A stretch of DNA of 64,000 bases from NCBI RefSeq assembly GCF_009914755.1, contig NC_060936.1, one strand, 5' to 3'. This document shows, one piece after another, positions 28,065 to 40,788 of the stretch. Both the position numbers and the translations under genes were made by a program. Every line of letters starts with the position of its first letter. The first letter of the stretch is position 1. Source of the stretch: the human T2T-CHM13v2.0 reference genome, Homo sapiens. Below the pieces are notes generated by a model. The model was not told where the DNA came from. It was given only the letters and a program-made list of their open reading frames with translations, and searched no databases.

Positions 28065-28233
28065 TTTTTTTTAATTTTTTTATTTTAAATTTTTTTTTAT
28101 ATTTTAATTTTTTTGTAGAGGTGGGGGTCTCACTTTGTTGTCAACGCTGGTCTCGAACTCCTGGCTTCAAGTGATTCTCCTGCCTTAGCCTCCTAAAGTG
28201 TTGGAATTACAGGCATGAACCATTATGCCTGGC
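28065..28233 (-). mobile_element. FLAM-like Alu monomer
   Basis: gtagaggtgggggtctcactttgttg...ctggcttcaagtgattctcc...aaagtgttggaattacagg; TSD-like gagttggaaacat / gagttacaaacat. Confidence 0.8.
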
Positions 28234-28351
28234 TGAGTTACAAACATTTGTAGTGTTTTTGTTTGTTTTTTATGTTTTTCATGGGGAAGAAATTGGGGGA
28301 TGAAGAACTTTTCTGAAGTACTTAGGCTAGGTAGGTTTCATCTTTGTGAGG

Positions 28352-28522
28352 GTTTTGTTTGTTCTTTTTTTTGTTTGTTTTGAGACAGGATCTTCCTCTG
28401 TTGTCCAGGCTGGAGTGAAATGGTGTAATCATTGTTCACTGTAGACTTGACCTCCCAGACTCAAGTGATCCTCCCACCTTGGCCTCCCAAAGTGCTGGAA
28501 TTATAGGCATAACCATTGCATT
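28352..28522 (-). mobile_element. Monomeric old Alu (left/right-arm hybrid)
   Basis: Right-arm 3' half (ggagtgaaatggtgtaatc) joined to a left-arm 5' end (cctcccaaagtgctgg). Confidence 0.75.
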
Positions 28523-28819
28523 ATCCTTGTATTTTTGCCTTCAAAATCAGATATCTAAAGATACTGTCGAATGACAACACACACACACAAACATACATAG
28601 ATTTTAGTCTCTTCATTCAAAGATAACCTTGAAAACAACTCTTGCCAGTTGTAAAGAAAAACATCATTTTATCCATGACAAATCAAAAGTATGTTAATGA
28701 CATAAGAACATATTTTGAGCATAAAATTCAGTCTGAATTTTTAAAACTCAAGTCCATGGATTCTGAGAATCCTGAAACAAGTCCATTGGTATCAAGACAG
28801 AATTTTTTTTCTTAAAAGA

Positions 28820-29260
28820 TAAATCTGCCAGCTATGGTCCACAGGCCAAGTCCAATTCACCACTTGCTTTTGTAAAAACATTTTTTTTTTTTTTTTTGAG
28901 ATGGAGTTTCGCTCTTGTTTCCCAGGCTGGAGTGTAATGACGCAATCTCAGTTCACTGAAACCTCCGCCTCCCAGGTTCAAGCGATTCTCCTGCCTCAGC
29001 CTCCTGAGTAGCTGGGATTACAGGCACCCGCCACCATGCCTGACTAATTGTTGTATTTTTAGTAGAGACGGGGTTTCGCCATGTTGGCCAGGCTGGTCTC
29101 GAATTCCTGACCTCAGGTGATCTGCCCACCTCGGCCTCCCAAAGTGCTGGGATTACAGGAGCCACTGTGCCCAGCCAAATACAATTTTATTGGAGCTCGG
29201 CCACACCCATTTGTTTATGTATTGTCTCTGGTTACTTTCAGGCTACAGAAATGAGTATGT
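28820..29260. mobile_element. MER58 (hAT-Charlie) split by an Alu
   Basis: ctatggtccacaggccaagtcc...cttttgtaaa [Alu] ttttattgga...gccacacccatttgtttatgtattgtct. Confidence 0.7.
28881..29176 (-). mobile_element. Full-length Alu, AluSq-like
   Basis: gagtttcgctcttgtttcccaggctggagtgtaatg; TSD-like aaaaacatt / aaatacaatt. Confidence 0.92.
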
Positions 29261-30339
29261 TATACATTGTCATGGTCATCCCCCCAAATTAAGTGGTGAT
29301 GTCTCCTAAGAAAGTAGAAAAGACTGCAGGGAAATTTGGTGAGCCTGAAATGTTGTGTGAAGTCCTTTCATTGAAAGAAAATTTGGAAGATATAAAGCGT
29401 ACTAAGCAAATGACTGCATACAAATGTATGTTTATTATAATTTTGTTCTCATATGCCATGCATACAATTTTTTTCTACACATGAGACAATAGAAAAATTA
29501 TTAAAGTATGTTGGTTTATATTATGCACAAATCCTTAATGGATTGCAATATGACTTCTTCGTGCCATGTCAGAACATTGAGGTTTTAGGAAGGACTGCTA
29601 ATGTATTTTTATTATTATTATTATTATTCTATTTTAAAATAAGGGACTCCTGTAAGCTCCAATTATTTGAACATTTGCTATTTAACAGGTTTTTAGAAAT
29701 AGGTTAAATTCAGGTAAAGAGATATGCCTATACTATCTATCCTCTTGGAAATTGGATTCCTATCTTGTTCCTCTGTATCAGCCTCTCCATTGCTCAACTG
29801 CCCACTGCTGCAGAACTTGCATTGTTTTGCCAGCTCCCTCACAAGAACTACAGTCCTCATCTCTGGTGGGTGGGCCCCTGCTCCCCAGGTGCCAGCTGCC
29901 TCTGCCTTTTTGTGTGGATTCCACCTGTTGTTTGTTGCCATTCCTTCATGGTGCTATCCTGAACATGAGACTGAACTCCTTGCAGCTCCTATAGCTGTCC
30001 TCCTACCTTCATTCTTCCCAGGTGACAGCTCTGATTCCGGATCCGTCCATTTCCACCCAATCTGTGCCACCAGTTGGAATGAATAGAGCATTGCCTAATC
30101 AGGTTCAGATACATACCAGCCTGCCCTTTGGGACTTGTTTACTTCTGCTGGTCTTTGTTGGTTCCTTTTAACCTGATCTGTCCAGTATAAAATTTTGGGT
30201 CCAGAAACAAGGGTAACATGTGAGTAATATGATGAGATGTGACTTGAGACTACATTTCTATAGTAACAGGTGATATGCATTGAACTTCAGTAAAGCTGAC
30301 CCCAGTTATAGAGCCCAGTCATACAAAATATCTATGGCA

Positions 30340-30500
30340 GAGGAGGCTGGAGATCTCTTCTGTCTTTCTCTTCCTGCTCACTAGATGTGTGATCTCTCTG
30401 AGCCTCAGTTTCTTCTTCCATAAAGTGAGGGAGGTAACACTCACCTCAAAGGTTGTTAGGAAGATGTAAAGAACCCAACAGAGTGCCTGGACTTAATGAT
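30340..30500 (+). mobile_element. MIR fragment
   Basis: ctagatgtgtgatctctctgagcctcagtttcttcttccataaagtgagg. Confidence 0.7.
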
Positions 30501-32229
30501 TGTACAATGCAGAGTAACCATGTCTATGCCTTTTCCTGGCTCTAGAATTTTCTTTTGCAGCCATTACTTCTCACAACTGCGTCGAGACCCAGGTGTCTAA
30601 AGGTCCCCCATTGTTCCAACTTGGAGTTCCAGAAATGAGACTTTGTAGTACAAAAATGTGTATGAATTAAATCTTTTTCATATGTAGGGAAAGACTAGCC
30701 ATGTCCAACTTCATTTTGATTCCTTCATCCAAGGAGAATATTTTCTCTCTTCTCTTCTCCCTTCTGGCCCCTCACTTTTCTCAATGTTGAATGGTCACAT
30801 GGTTTGAAGCAAACACTTTATTCTAGACTTGGCTTTGCAATGTCTCCCTAACTGTCCTCTGCTTGGCCATCTTACCTTCTCAGCAAGAAAGAGTTTATTG
30901 ATTGTCCTTCTACATAGAAAAAAAAATCATGGGCTTATGAAAAAAAAATCAGAATCAAAGTCAGAAAATCTAGTCCAGCCCAGGATCTCTTCCTTATCAG
31001 TCACATGGTCCTTTAAAGGAAATTTGCTTCTCTGTATGTCATTTTCCTCAAATTCCTGACCTTGGAGGATTGAAAAACTCTATACAACTCCCAATGACTA
31101 AGAGACAGTCCTCTAAATTTGCTTAGAGTATTGCATAGTCCTAGGAAAAGGATAAAAACTCAAATAATACTTTTAGATGAACTGAAGAAAACCTGTGATA
31201 TTCTAATCTACCTGAAGTAAGTCAAGTTGAATTTCCCAGATTAATAGATTGACTGGAGATTAAAGATAAGGCCTGAGAAACATGTCGAATTCAAGGAGCC
31301 CTTCTGTTCATCTCAAAAATAGTCCTGACTCCCTTCCTTCCTGTCCACACATACCTTCTTAAACACGAGGGAAGCCTTCGGAAGTTTTATTCTTCTCTTC
31401 TTATGGTAGCTGCTCACCACTTGGTGTTTTTGCACCCTGCAGATTGAGAGGCTAGGGGTGGCATGAATCAAGTAAGCCTTTTCAGTGAACTCAGTGGGTG
31501 AAAACCCCATCTGCCTTTTATCCTTGCCTGAAAGAGTCCCCAAGTGACTGACCTTTCCAGAGGGGCCACATCACTCTCCCGAAACCCACGTCATTGTTCT
31601 CTAGCTTACGGCACATTCTGTGTCCATTCTGCCTCCTTCCTCATCAATTCCTCCAATCTTTCTCCACTTACTGCACCACTGGTGGTCTGGGGTGTGCAGC
31701 CCAGATGTTTTCCCCAAGTGACCAGAGGATTACTTTTCAAGTGGCTTCACAGAGCAGATGTTCCCTTTCACCTCCCCCCTCAACCCTAGTCCCCAAATGC
31801 TGAAACCTTTCCCTTCTTGGGAGAGCACATTGTGTTGCTGCTGTGTGTTTGATCAGGAGAGTACAAGCAGGAACAAGAGAATCCCACACTGACAACTGTT
31901 TGGCAGGCGAGCTCCTGGGCTTAAGTGTGTTCCTCCTCCCTTTGCTCCCATTACAGTTGTGAGCAGATGTTCTTGACTGTCCAACTGGCTGATCTTTCTC
32001 TGGCCCCCTCGCACCAAGGCTTCTTCCCCCTCCCCTGCTTCATGCTAACCACAACTTACCCAAGACTCTAGTATTTCTTTTTGCCTAGATACAACCATCA
32101 CCCTTACTTCATCCAGAGCTTTGCTTGCTAAGCCTGGAAAAATCTGTTAGATAAAAGACTGTGCCCTTAAACCTAGCCTTTAGATACAGGTTGCTCCCTA
32201 CTATTCACTTCATTTGTCTATTATTTTTT

Positions 32230-32760
32230 CTACCCCTTGCTTCACTCCCTATCCCACTTCTCACCCCAGCTCCAGCCCCTCTGCACTATTGCAGTTCCAG
32301 CCATGTTCTCTCTCACCTCTAAGACTTCTTAAGTGACTTTTCTTCTTCCTAGAGCATTCTCCTTTCTCCCTTTCCCCCTTTCCTTGTTAATTCCTGATGA
32401 TCCTTGAAATTCCTACCTATGTATGACATCCTCTCTGACCTCTATGTGCCAATCATTGGTTCCCATAGAGCTTGACCCCAATTCAGCCCTTACTTCTCTG
32501 TATTGTAATCGTCTTTATACTTGTCTCTCCATTTTTTCATTAACTTAATTTTAAAATTTGAGCAAAAGATTTTATGGCCAAGATATCTGTATCTTGTTTG
32601 ATTTTACCAGTATTAAACAAGGGTATTAGAATAGATTCCAGCATCCTAGCTCTCTACCTTCTTCTGACAGTGCTCATTGAGCATCTACTTTGTGTTAAAT
32701 ACTCAATTAGATCTTGGAGTCATAAAGATGAGGAAAGGATTTCTCCTGTCTTCAACTAGA
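32230..32760. mobile_element. L2 fragments in both orientations
   Basis: ttccagccatgttctctctcacctct...cctagagcattctcc (+); attgagcatctactttgtg...cctgtcttcaa (-). Confidence 0.5.
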
Positions 32761-32949
32761 CGAAGTTTCATACACAGACTTCCAAAGTAGTATGACGCTA
32801 TTACTGTGGTGCAGTATCCAAAATATTAGGGAAAACTGACACTTAGATAATTAAAGTAACCAACCTTGAAGTGACGGAATATGGCAAAGGAATATGGGAA
32901 AGTCAGGTTAGTATTGAAAATAAATTGGAAGTAAGAAATGGTTTGGTGT

Positions 32950-33165
32950 AGGGACTGACAAACTGCCTACTAGCCAAGTCTAATCAGTTGCCTATTCTGT
33001 AAATAAAGCTTTATTGGAACACAGCCATACATATTCATTTACATACAGTGTGTGACTTCTTTCATGCTGTAATGGCAGAGTTGAGTAGTTGTGATAAACT
33101 GTATGCCACAGAAGTATGAAATATTTACTATTTGGCTTTCTACAGAGAAGGTATTCTGACCTCAG
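32950..33165. mobile_element. MER58A
   Basis: tgtaaataaagctttattggaacacagccatacatattcatttacata...aaaatatttactatttggctttctacaga. Confidence 0.8.
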
Positions 33166-34204
33166 GTTTAGTGCATGAAAAATAAAAGTGGCCAAGAAAA
33201 TTTTGGAAAATAATTAGAAAAGGGTGACAAACTTCAAGCAGATTTTTAAATATATTATAGAGTTAGATAATCAAAATAGTATGATATTGATTTGGCAAAA
33301 AGCAAATAGCTCACTAGGAAGATAATAGGAAGCCCAAAATAAATTATCTATATAGGAATTTAATATAAGATGAAGATGAAGATTTATTTAATAAAGAGTG
33401 CTATAAAAGCTATTCACCTAGAAGACTATATTTCCATTAGATTTTTAACATTCTTCATCCACCCTTATGCTCTCTCAAATTAACAACATATCCCCTTTTT
33501 TGCAGTCAATATTTCTTTCTTTACCATTGTTTATTTGTCATTCTTTCTGGGTAAAATTTCTTGTTTCTTTATAGCCTTTACTAAATCTTTCTGTTAAGGT
33601 ACGTGAATAGTAAATTTTCTGTTTTTGCATACGCAAATGATTTCATTTTACCTATACTCTTGAATAATAGTTTAGCTAAATATAGAGCTCTACCCTCACA
33701 TATCCCTTCCCCCCTCACTTCAAAGACATTATTTCATTGTCTTCTGACAAATTTTAGTGCAGGTAAGATGTTTATATAGACCTAATTATAGAACTCATTC
33801 ATCTGTAGATAATCAATTTTTTTGGTTTTTGTAATTTTAAATTTAGTTTATTTGTCTCTGATACTCCCATGGTGTATTAAGATGGATTTTTAAAAAAATT
33901 GTTTCCAATTGTAGAAAATTCTTAGCCATTATTACATTATTACTTTGATGGTTACCTCTTGCCTATTTCCCACCTTCTCTTTTTCCTGAGCTCTTGTTAG
34001 ATATTTGTTTGAACTTCTCACCCTTTGTTTCACATATTTTAATAGCATTTACATGTTTTCCAACTCTGGGTGATTTGCTCAGACCTGTCTTCTAATTTTC
34101 TTGTACTGTTTTCAGCTATGTCTACAATGACTTTATTGTTTTACCATCCATAGGTCTGTGTGTGTTTTTCAAGTTTCAGTGCCATTTTCTATTTTAAAAA
34201 TGTA

Positions 34205-35353
34205 TATCTTTCAAGAGAATGAGAAGACAAGCCACAGATTTGGAGAAAATATTCTCAAAAGACATATCAGATAAAGGACTATTATCCAAAATATATAAAG
34301 AATTTTTAAAACTCAACAATAAGAAAACTAATAACCTAATTTTCAAATAGGCAAAATACCTGCACAGGTATCTCACCAAAGAAGATATGTAATAAGTATA
34401 TGATAGTAAACAAGCATATGAAAAGATGCACAACATCATATGTCGTTGGGAAATGTAAATTAAAACAATAATGAGACACCATTACACAATTATTAGAATG
34501 GCCAAAACCCAGAACACTGACAACACCAAATGTTTAGGAGGTTGTATGGAGCAACAGGAACTCCCATTGGCTGCTGGTGAGAATGCAAATGATACAGCCA
34601 CTTTGGAAGATGCTTGACAAGTTTTATAAAAGTAAACATACTCCTACTGTATGATCTACCAATTACATTTTTCGGTATTTACACAAATGAGTTGAAAACT
34701 TATGTCCACACAAAAACCTGCACATGGCTGTTTATAGAAGCTTTATTCATATGCCAAACTTGAAAGCAACCCTGAAAAGCTTTAATAGGTAAATAGATGA
34801 ACAAATTGTAGTACATCCCAACAATGGAATATTATTCAGTACTAAAAACAAATGAAAGATTAATTCATGAAAAGACATAGAGGAATCTTTAATGCATATT
34901 ACAAAGTGGAGGAAGCCAATCTGAAAATACTAATACTATATGATTTCAACTATATGACATTCTGGAAAAGGCAAAATTATGGAGACAGTAAAAGGATTAG
35001 TGGTTGCCAGGGACTAAGTAGGGAAGTGGGAATTAATAGGCAAAGTATAAAAGATTTTTCAGGCAGTAAACCTACTGTGTATGATATTATAATGGTGGAT
35101 ACATGTCATTTTACATTTGTCAAAACCCATAGAATATACAACATTAGGAGTGAGTCCTAATGTAGTTTACACATTTTGGGTGATAAGTATGTGTCAATGT
35201 AAGTTCATTGATTGTAACAAAGGTACCACTCTGATGTGAGATATTGATAGTGAAGGAGGTTGTTCATTTGTGTGAGCAGGGGATATATAGAATCTCTACC
35301 TCTGCTGAATGTTGCTGTGAACCTAAAAATGCTCTAAAATATAAGGTCTATTC
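34205..35353 (+). mobile_element. L1MC (L1MC1-like) 3' end, nested in an older minus-strand L1M (~33500-35760)
   Basis: gagaatgagaagacaagccacagatttggagaaaatatt...tatgacattctggaaaaggcaaaattatggagacagtaaaagg...ctgtgaacctaaaaatgctctaaaa. Confidence 0.85.
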
Positions 35354-35760
35354 AGAAGGGGGAAATGTTCTACATGGTTTCTTTTCAAACTTGATTCTTC
35401 TTTAAAAAAGTTTTATTTTGCCTTTTAGTTTCCATTCTTTTTTTTCTCTTTGAACATTTAAATTATGCATATGTTAATAGATCTTTCATATACATTTTTG
35501 AGCTGGGGATTCCATTCTTTTTTTTAATTCTGGAAAATATCGCTTTTCAGCTATTATTCTTTGCTTATTCCAGAATTCCCTGTAAAAGTGTGTTGGACAT
35601 CTCCATCTCTGCCTTCTGCCTCCTAATTACTCTTTTATTAACATTTATCTTCTTATACTTTTTAAAAGTAATTCTTTCAAAGCCTTTGTCAGAATTTATA
35701 TACAAACATTATTTCCTCTTTAGTCAATTTATGTTTATATAGTTAATTTTGTTAGTTCTT

Positions 35761-36261
35761 GTATTGGTTAGGGATACTGCAAATATACCTCAGATAAACA
35801 GAAAAACCTCATTAAGTCTAGCTTTCACCAATAGGAATTTTTGTTTTACATAAGAGATTTCAAAGTAGACAGTATAGGGCTGTGCAACTATTCAAGAATG
35901 TCACCAATGATCCAGCTCCTTTATGCCTTTATGCGCCGTAATCTTTTATTCTCAGTTTCACAAGATGGGTGTGTGCCTCTAGGCATAATGTGTACATTCT
36001 AGATATGAAAAAGGGTGAAGGTCAAAAGGACTTTATCCCAGTGAGGCTTTGTCTGTTTTTTTTTTTTTTTTCCAGGAAAAAAATATGTCTTCCTAGGCAC
36101 TTCTGCTTTATTTCACCATCCATGACTATGTCACATGGCCTTCCATAGCTGCAACAGAAGCTGGAATAATGAGTATTTCTTTTTCTAGCTTCTATAGTAC
36201 AGAAAGATAAGTAAAAGGGAGATTGGGAATAGACATTAAGCCAATCTACAATATTTTCCAC
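35761..36261 (-). mobile_element. Old MLT1 (MaLR) LTR
   Basis: tgtattggttaggga...aacagaaaaacc...gtcacatggccttccatagctgcaacagaagctgga. Confidence 0.6.
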
Positions 36262-37199
36262 AGCACTCTTGCCCTTCACTAGATTTCTTTGAGTGTTTTG
36301 TCTTTCTCTGTATTCATCCTTCCATATCAATGGGCTCAATCTGTCTCTTAAATCCCAATTAAAAGAAGCAGGTCTGCTAGTGACTGTGTAGAGTTTTTGT
36401 GCTGTGGTGCTCTTGGAGTCTTCAGCTATCCAGACACCAAGTTTGAATGGCTGTTAAAATTTCTGGTAGTAAAGCTACATCTATGTCCTTCTTCTTCCCT
36501 TGGACCTCAATGTCTTACAAACTTAGAGCAGTAGGCACCAGTTGCTAGCAGGGTGTTTTCATCCGGGACAATTCTTATTAGTGGAAGGCTAATTGCAGCT
36601 GCTCATCTCACATGCAGCCTTTTTATCATTAGCCCACAGGAGCCAAACTTCTGGCCCCTGTTACCAGTTTCTAGACCCATAGCCCAGTATACTTGTTTAT
36701 TACTTAGCATTTCTGTTCCACTTCAAGTGCACTGAAATGTTCGTATTTTATTAAAAAAAAATAGTTCAGCTATGTCTTTTTGGTTTTCTCCTCTTATATT
36801 TTGACTAGCAGGCCTATGAACCAGTTCAGTGTGTCAATGTGTGAACTAACCAAGCTATCTATGACTTTTAGTTCTTGAACACATGACTCTTTTGTGTTGT
36901 TCTCCATTTGTTTTCTTGTACAATTACTCATAATACATTTGTGAGGTTCTTAAAGGCAGAGATAATGTATTTATATTCCCCAAATGGCTTGATAGATGCT
37001 CAATACTGAACTGCAAAAATCCTCTATAGATGCACGGAGGTACCAATCACTGGAGTTCTGGCTTACACATCAGGCCCATGAGTTGTTCTTGTATATATTG
37101 AATGGGAAATTAAAGGACAGGATTTAAGAGTCCAAACATTCATTTTAACTCGGTTGGGTATTTTAGAGAATTTCTAAGATATTCCAGTAGTCACCTGAC

Positions 37200-37450
37200 C
37201 TAGTGATTTAAAGAAGCAGCTCTGGAATCAGACCTGCATTTAAAGTCTAGTTTTGTCATTGTTAGCCAGTTTAAATTTGTTCAAGTCACTTAAATTCTCT
37301 AAATCTCTGATCCCTTACCTAAAAAAAAATGGATAGAATAATAGTACTGACCTCACACAGTTGTGGCAAAAATAAATGAGACAATGCACGTAAAGCTCTT
37401 TGCACAGTGTCTGGCATGCAGCAAACCTCATGGAGAGGGTATCCGTTGTC
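37200..37450 (+). mobile_element. MIR SINE
   Basis: gctctggaatcagacctg...aataatagtactgacctcacacagttgtgg...aaatgagacaatgcacgtaaagctctttgcacagtgtctggca. Confidence 0.8.
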
Positions 37451-37793
37451 ATCTGTTAATTTTCTGGACATCCATGATGAAGGCTCATTTTCTACTTTTT
37501 TTCCCACAAAGCATTGAGATCCAGCATAACTAAGGTAAACATGGCTAACTCAAGGTAACCAGTGATCCAACTTTTAATTGTTGCTTTGTAATTTCAGCCT
37601 ACAACATGTGTCTTCTCTGTACCTTCCACTGTTTACATTGTGCTAGGATTTTCTGAGAACCATTTGATTTTTTTTTTTTTTCATCTTAGTAGCTGCCTTC
37701 AAAGAATGATGTTAGTTATGGAATAATGGAAAGGTTATTTCTGCCATGCATGAAGACTGAGTAGGCAAAGAAAAATGAATTATTTGAGGAAAC

Positions 37794-38143
37794 TGTTTGA
37801 GTTTGTTTGTGCCACTATAATGCAATATGTGAGGCTGGTTTATTTATAAAAAATAGAAATTTATTTCTCAGAGTTCTGAAAGCTGGAAAGACCAAGATGG
37901 AGGGGACAGTGTCACATGGCAGAAGGCAGAAGGGAAAAAGAGAGGAACTCTGTCCTCACATGGTAGTAGAGCAGAAGGCAGTGAACACACTCCTGAAAGC
38001 CCATTTTATACTGGCATTCATTCATTCATGAAGATGGATGAATTACCTAAACACCTCCCATTAGGCCCCACTTCCCAACACTATTACATTAGGGATTAAA
38101 TTTCCAACACATGAATTTCGGAGGACACATTTATACCATAGCA
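37794..38143 (-). mobile_element. MaLR solo LTR (MSTC/MSTD-like)
   Basis: aatagaaatttatttctcagagttctgaaagctgg...ggccccacttcccaacac...ccaacacatgaattt...ccatagca. Confidence 0.8.
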
Positions 38144-38571
38144 GGGGCTTTTAAATGTTTTGCAGCTAAGACATATGAAATTGATTTTAACCATAAAAAA
38201 TTCTAGCTAGGCAAACAGGAAGGAATAAAATTATTTTACTTTTTTGGATACTAGTTTCTACACACTGACTTGATTTGATACTTTTTATTACATTATTCAG
38301 TTAGATCAGAAAATCTCATAATTCCCATTCTACCCACATTCATTTGTGCCCCTACCAAACTATGTGGTGATTGTCCACATACAGACTAGACTTTTTGAAA
38401 TGATGCTATAGCCTGCCATATTCTCTGTTTCATGGAATCAGATGTAAATTTAACTTTCAACCTGTATTACATGTTCAAATGAATTTGGATTTGGAGGTTT
38501 TATTTAACAGAATGTTGCAATTATTGTTTGATAATTATTTGTTTTATTAGTCTACAAATAAATCACAAAAA

Positions 38572-38719
38572 TTTTAATGCATCTCAAAATCTCCCAAGAC
38601 ACTTGTTAAAAATGAATATTCCTGTATCCAGCCCTGGAAGTTCTAATTCAGCAAACCTGAAGCATCCCTGAGTGAAACTAATGCCTATCATCTTCAGGCA
38701 ACACTTTGAGAAACACTGT
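38572..38719. mobile_element. MER5 (hAT-Charlie)
   Basis: cttgttaaaaatgaatattcctg...ttctaattcag...cactttgagaaacactg. Confidence 0.65.
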
Positions 38720-39369
38720 CTTACTTTTCTCACCGTTAAAATTTTTGCAAAGGTGCTTTCAATCATTTAGATATTGTCAATGGCTGCTTTCTTTATTTTT
38801 TCAAGTTTTAATTAATACATAATAATTGTATCTATGGGATACATGTGATATTTTGATACATGTATGCACTGTTTTTCATGATGTCTACCAAGAGATTATA
38901 GTTTTTCTTTTCTATTTTCTAACTTTTTTTTTTCAGTAATGAATAAAAAAAGAGAGTGCATATGCATTTGACTCCCCTCCCTTCCCTTTTTTGAGGCTTC
39001 TTTCTGAGCAAAAGCACACAAGGAAGTTGTACTTGATTTGGGTCCATAACACCAGTGTCCCACATCTTCCTGATTATGAGGCCTCCACCATTATTGTCTA
39101 GTGGGAGACTCAGGACTGCCCTGCAGCCCTCATGGGAGCCCGCTTCCTTACCAGTCTTTGTAAGATTCTCAGCAGGCTCAGCAGCTACAGCCTAATTGGA
39201 GCACTTATGCTGCCATTCCACATGTGCTCTCTATACTGTCAACATGCCTGTGACCACACCCTTGATGACTGGGAAATTTTTTCTATAAAGGACTGGGTAG
39301 TAAATCTTTTATGCTTTGTAGGGCATTAAACCCAATTCTGCTGCTGTATTAAGAAAACAGCCATTGACA

Positions 39370-39880
39370 TGGAGCATTATTCAACCATTAATAAAAGAAG
39401 AAAATCCTGTCATTTGCAGCAAGTTGGGTGGAACTGGAGGTCATTACATTAGATGAAATAATCCAGGCACAGAAAGACAATTATCACATATTCTTTCTCA
39501 CATGTGGGAGAAAAAAAAGTTGATCCCTTGGAGGCAGAGAGTAGAATGATGGTTATCAAAGGCTGGGAAGGTGGGAAGGATAAAGGGGGAGAGAAGGGAG
39601 GCTGGTTAAAGGGTACAAAAATACAGTTAAATAGAAAGAATAAGTTCTAGTGTCTGATAGCACAGTAGGTTGTCTGTAGTTAACAATATGTTATTGTATA
39701 TTTCAAAATAGAAAATATTTGGAATTTTCCCAATACAAAGAAATGATAACTGTTTGATGTGATAGATATCCTAATTACCCTGATTAGATCATTACACATT
39801 GTATACTTTATCAAAATATCACATGTATCCTATAAATAGATATAATTATTATGTATCAATTAAAAATTGAAAAAACAAAG
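39370..39880 (+). mobile_element. L1MA (MA4/5-like) 3' end
   Basis: gggtacaaaaatacagtta...aataagttctagtgt...atcattacacattgtat; TSD agccattgaca at 39359-39369 and 39882-39892. Confidence 0.88.
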
Positions 39881-39905
39881 TAGCCATTGACAATATGTAA
39901 ATGAT

Positions 39906-40640
39906 TGAAATCACCTTTGCAAAAATTATAACATGAGGAAAGTAGGACAGTGAAAGAGATCTGACCTAATCAACTTCATCTTACCTTTAACCTCCAAACT
40001 GCCCTTGATCATTTCTGGCCATGAGTTAAGCTAATTTGGGGATAAATTTAGTTTATAGTTGAAATGATAATAGCCTTTCCCAAAACTAAACTACCTTTGT
40101 AAAATTAATGAAAAGCCACCAGGTTAGGAGGATGAGAGGGGCCTGAATTCTGCTAAAATGTAGGCATAGTTAAGTGATTACCAACCATTATTCTGGAGGT
40201 CACAAGCTTTACAACTTCCCCAATTACTCCTGTAATTAACAACACTATTGTAGAACCTAAGATGTCTTTTCAGGCTTTTGCATTTCTGACGACTGAATAG
40301 CCCCACCTGGACCCACAACTCTCAGCTCAACTAGTCTTGTGGCCCCCACCTAGAAGAGGGCTAGGCACATGACAACCATTTTCTACACCCCTATGACTGC
40401 ATTACCAACCAATCAGTAGTACCCCTGCCCACCAAACTATCTTTGAAAAACTCTAGCCTCCAAATTTTCAGGGAGGCTGACTTGAGTAATAATAAAACTC
40501 TGATCTTCTGTTTAGCTGGCTCTGCATGTTAAAATATTTCTCTATTACAATTCCCCTGTCTTGATAAATTGGCAGTTTCTGGGCAGTGGACAATATGAAT
40601 CTATAGGTCAAGAGAACCCTGACTAATACAGTCAGTTACA
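39906..40640 (+). mobile_element. LTR8-family solo LTR (LTR8A/B-like, ERV1)
   Basis: Starts tgaaatcacctttgcaaaaattata...gacagtgaaagagatctgaccta; ends gttaca; TSD tgat/tgaa. Confidence 0.82.
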
Positions 40641-40788
40641 TGAATTGGCATGACTGTGTGCTGATAAAACTTAATACATACTGAAATCTGAATTTCATAT
40701 AACTTTCATGTTCCTGAAAATTTTTTTTTACTATTTTTCAACCTTTTAAAAATGCAGTGACTATTTTTAGCTCTAGAATCTGTACAAT

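Noticed and set aside
29724-30086. 120-aa ORF with a signal-peptide-like N-terminus (MPILSILLEIGFLSCSSVSA)
   Set aside because: Pyrimidine-rich DNA gives hydrophobic L/S/P frames; several frames are open; no promoter, splice or family support.
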